64,000 nt of DNA from Candidatus Poseidoniales archaeon. GTDB taxonomy: Archaea; Thermoplasmatota; Poseidoniia; MGIII; CG-Epi1. The notes under the pieces were generated by a model, which worked only from the letters and a program-made list of their open reading frames with translations, searched no databases and had not been told where the DNA came from. A program made the translations under genes and the position numbers. Positions 61,567 through 64,000 of this stretch are shown here, in pieces. The DNA lies in NCBI GenBank assembly GCA_045567955.1, contig JBJLBX010000018.1:9292-73291 (forward strand), written 5' to 3'. Positions within the stretch are counted from its first letter, which is position 1. Each line of letters starts with the position of its first letter.

Positions 61567-62619
61567 CTATCCTCCAGCCTTCTTGAGTGCCCACTCTGCA
61601 GCTTGACATATATTTCGATCTGCTCCGGTTTTAGTTCTATTACGTATTATTTCTAAATGTGGTTTTACTAAAGCTGGTTTGTTAGAAGCAATATATCCTA
61701 ATGCCTTAACAACTTCAACATGAATATACCAATCATCATTCTTTAGAGCTTTAGCCAACCTAGGAACTGCATGATAAACTACCATTGCATTCTTACTTCC
61801 TATTCTTCCAATTGCTTTTGATGAAGCCTTTCTAAGCTCAGAAGACTTACTTTCAATACCTTTGATTAAACCTGGAACGGCTGGTTTCATTGCATCGGGA
61901 TTTGAAAGTCCAAGAATTCCAATACAGTCTGCAGCTCTTTCTTTCAAACGTTCACCTGAATTAAATGCTTTTATTACTTCTGGAGCTAAAGATGCTGAAG
62001 GTCCGGGATATTTCTTAGCAAAATCTGTCAAAATCACTATTGAGTGGTAAACAACTCTCCAATCATCATCACTTAGAGCTTTTTTTAATTCAGGTAATGC
62101 TGCCTTGGGAACTGTATTCAATATTTTCATTAATGACTCTTGAGTTTGATATCTTACATCTTTATCCTCATCACTTAATATTTCAAATAAATCTGCGATA
62201 GTGTCACTCTTTTTAGCATCAGATTTAAGTGAAAAACGAGTCCAAATTTCTACTACTTTACTACGTACATTTGGATAGGGGCTATCGAATGTTTGCTGCA
62301 TTGCATCAAAAATTTCCTTATCTTTAGACGGCCTATGTTTACGTAATTCCATTAAACCATCAATAATTGCTTCTTGGGTAGTACCTGGTTGCTTTGGAAG
62401 AACTCTTGTAAAAGAATTTATTATGGGATCTAACCATTTCTCATCAATTTGAGACTGAATTACAAGAGCCTTAACTGCAGCAGTTCTTGCTATTTCAGAA
62501 CCACTTTCCATTTCCACTAAATTCTTTTCTATTTTTTTATCAGGTGAACTGCCGCTGACATCTTCTGTCCATTGACTTACACTTTCCCTAAAATTCTGGA
62601 AACTATCTCTTAAACCCAC
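61567..62619 (-). CDS. HEAT-repeat protein
   Basis: Repeated L.D.D..VR...A..L helical units. Confidence 0.85.
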   Translation of the reverse strand: MGLRDSFQNFRESVSQWTEDVSGSSPDKKIEKNLVEMESGSEIARTAAVKALVIQSQIDEKWLDPIINSFTRVLPKQPGTTQEAIIDGLMELRKHRPSKDKEIFDAMQQTFDSPYPNVRSKVVEIWTRFSLKSDAKKSDTIADLFEILSDEDKDVRYQTQESLMKILNTVPKAALPELKKALSDDDWRVVYHSIVILTDFAKKYPGPSASLAPEVIKAFNSGERLKERAADCIGILGLSNPDAMKPAVPGLIKGIESKSSELRKASSKAIGRIGSKNAMVVYHAVPRLAKALKNDDWYIHVEVVKALGYIASNKPALVKPHLEIIRNRTKTGADRNICQAAEWALKKAGG

Positions 62620-62669
62620 AAAAACCTTAGGGGATGTATAGTAATAAACCTCCGCTTGAATGAAGGAAT

Positions 62670-63935
62670 ATGCCTACATCGGCGGAAAAGTTTATTCAAG
62701 ACAACGGAGCTGAAGTTCACGATAAAGTTAGAATCGAAACTAAAGCCCTAACTTACGAAGGTTTGATTCTACCTAAACACAAGTTTTCAGGAGACCATAT
62801 AATCATGATTAAACTTGATAATGGGTATAATATTGGTATTTCTATCAAAGAAGCGAAAATGACTATATTATCTAAAGCAAAGAAAACAGACCATAGCCCA
62901 GATAAAAGAGTTAAAAATGATAAGTTGAAAAATATATCTATTCTAGGTACTGGGGGAACTATTGCATCATTTGTAGATTACAAAACGGGAGCTGTTAGTC
63001 CTGCTATTACTACTGAACAATTAGTCAATTCAGTTAAATCTTTAGATGATATCGCTAACATAAATGCAGTACCTCTATTTTCATTAGCTTCAGAGGATAT
63101 GAATCCATCTCATTGGGAAGATATTGCAAAGAAAGTAAAAGAAATTCATGATCGTGAGAATCACGGTGTAGTTATAGGTCATGGGACTGATACTATGGCT
63201 TATTCTGCAGCTGCTTTATCGTTCCAACTACCTGAAATTGCATATCCTGTAGTTTTTACAGGATCTCAAAGAAGTCCTGATAGACCATCAAGTGATGCGC
63301 ACCTAAATCTAGTAGGTGCTGCAAAAACTGCGATGAGTGATTTAGGCGAAATTTGCATAGCTATGCATGAAACTACTAATGATCAAAATATTGCAATATG
63401 GAGAGGCAATAGAACAAGAAAAAGCCATACTTCTAAAAGAGATGCATTTACTTCACCAAATGACATGCCATTAGGTGTTGTTAGTGATGTTATTGAATGG
63501 AAACAAAAATACAAACCAACTAGTAAAAAAACAACTTTAAAAGCTGGATTTGATGATAATATTGGAATGGTATGGTCACATCCTGGGCTTAATGAAGAAG
63601 ATTGGCAAAAATTAACTTCGGGCAAAAATGGAATAATAATTGCAGGGACGGGGTTAGGGCACATAAAATCTGAACTATTGGATGCCGTAGGTAAAACTGC
63701 TTTGGATATTCCCGTAGCTATGAGTAGTCAATGTCTTTCTGGAACTACAAACTTGAATGTTTATAGAAACGGTAGAGAATTAATCGAAAAAGGTGTTATC
63801 GAAACCTATGATATTCTTCCGGAAACTGCTCTTGTAAAAATGATGTGGCTATCCAAACACAAACCAAATGAAGTACGGGAACTTATGGGTGAAAATTTAG
63901 TAGGAGAAATCTCTAATTCAAGAAAAATGAATTAA
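62670..63935 (+). CDS. gatD: Glu-tRNA(Gln) amidotransferase subunit D
   Basis: N-terminal IKLDNGYNIG, then TGGTIAS.VDY.TG, HGTDT, GSQRS.DRPSSDA and GTGLGH. Confidence 0.96.
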   Translation: MPTSAEKFIQDNGAEVHDKVRIETKALTYEGLILPKHKFSGDHIIMIKLDNGYNIGISIKEAKMTILSKAKKTDHSPDKRVKNDKLKNISILGTGGTIASFVDYKTGAVSPAITTEQLVNSVKSLDDIANINAVPLFSLASEDMNPSHWEDIAKKVKEIHDRENHGVVIGHGTDTMAYSAAALSFQLPEIAYPVVFTGSQRSPDRPSSDAHLNLVGAAKTAMSDLGEICIAMHETTNDQNIAIWRGNRTRKSHTSKRDAFTSPNDMPLGVVSDVIEWKQKYKPTSKKTTLKAGFDDNIGMVWSHPGLNEEDWQKLTSGKNGIIIAGTGLGHIKSELLDAVGKTALDIPVAMSSQCLSGTTNLNVYRNGRELIEKGVIETYDILPETALVKMMWLSKHKPNEVRELMGENLVGEISNSRKMN

Positions 63936-64000
63936 GGAAATCTCTTTAGACTGCACTTTTAATAATGAAACATGATTAATCCTCAATTTGAGAAATTAGC

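Noticed and set aside
61567..62619. HEAT protein as deoxyhypusine hydroxylase partnering dys
   Set aside because: It lacks the repeated His-Glu iron-binding motifs of DOHH.

Overview
This is an AT-rich, very gene-dense archaeal core-genome segment. Archaeal informational genes (aIF6, L31e, L39e, S19e, aIF2-beta, fibrillarin, TrmY, Cgi121, Dph6, GatD, Top6B, Hef, deoxyhypusine synthase) sit beside bacterial-type genes (gyrA, gyrB, TopA, PurH, IlvE, thiamine pyrophosphokinase) and large acidic PKD/Ig surface proteins. By inference this points to a marine Thermoplasmatota, either Marine Group III or low-GC Group II. I find 58 CDS, including two missing from the ORF track (ino1, truncated at the left edge, and rpl39e), and two tRNAs (Thr-GGT, Gly-TCC). 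I see no CRISPR array, integrase or IS element. The best leads are: deoxyhypusine synthase translationally coupled to an intact DDAH/amidinotransferase-fold enzyme; a glutamine amidotransferase coupled to diphthine-ammonia ligase; an AT-rich DHCR24 (sterol delta-24 reductase)-like gene; GyrA with a C-terminal Cys4 zinc ribbon; TopA with helical repeats instead of zinc ribbons; a 1778-aa Lhr with a winged-helix-rich tail; a ThiR/SSF/TPK thiamine salvage module; a non-canonical aquaporin; and a surface protein with an unusual cytoplasmic VPxG domain. All calls come from motif recognition by eye, and no searches were run.
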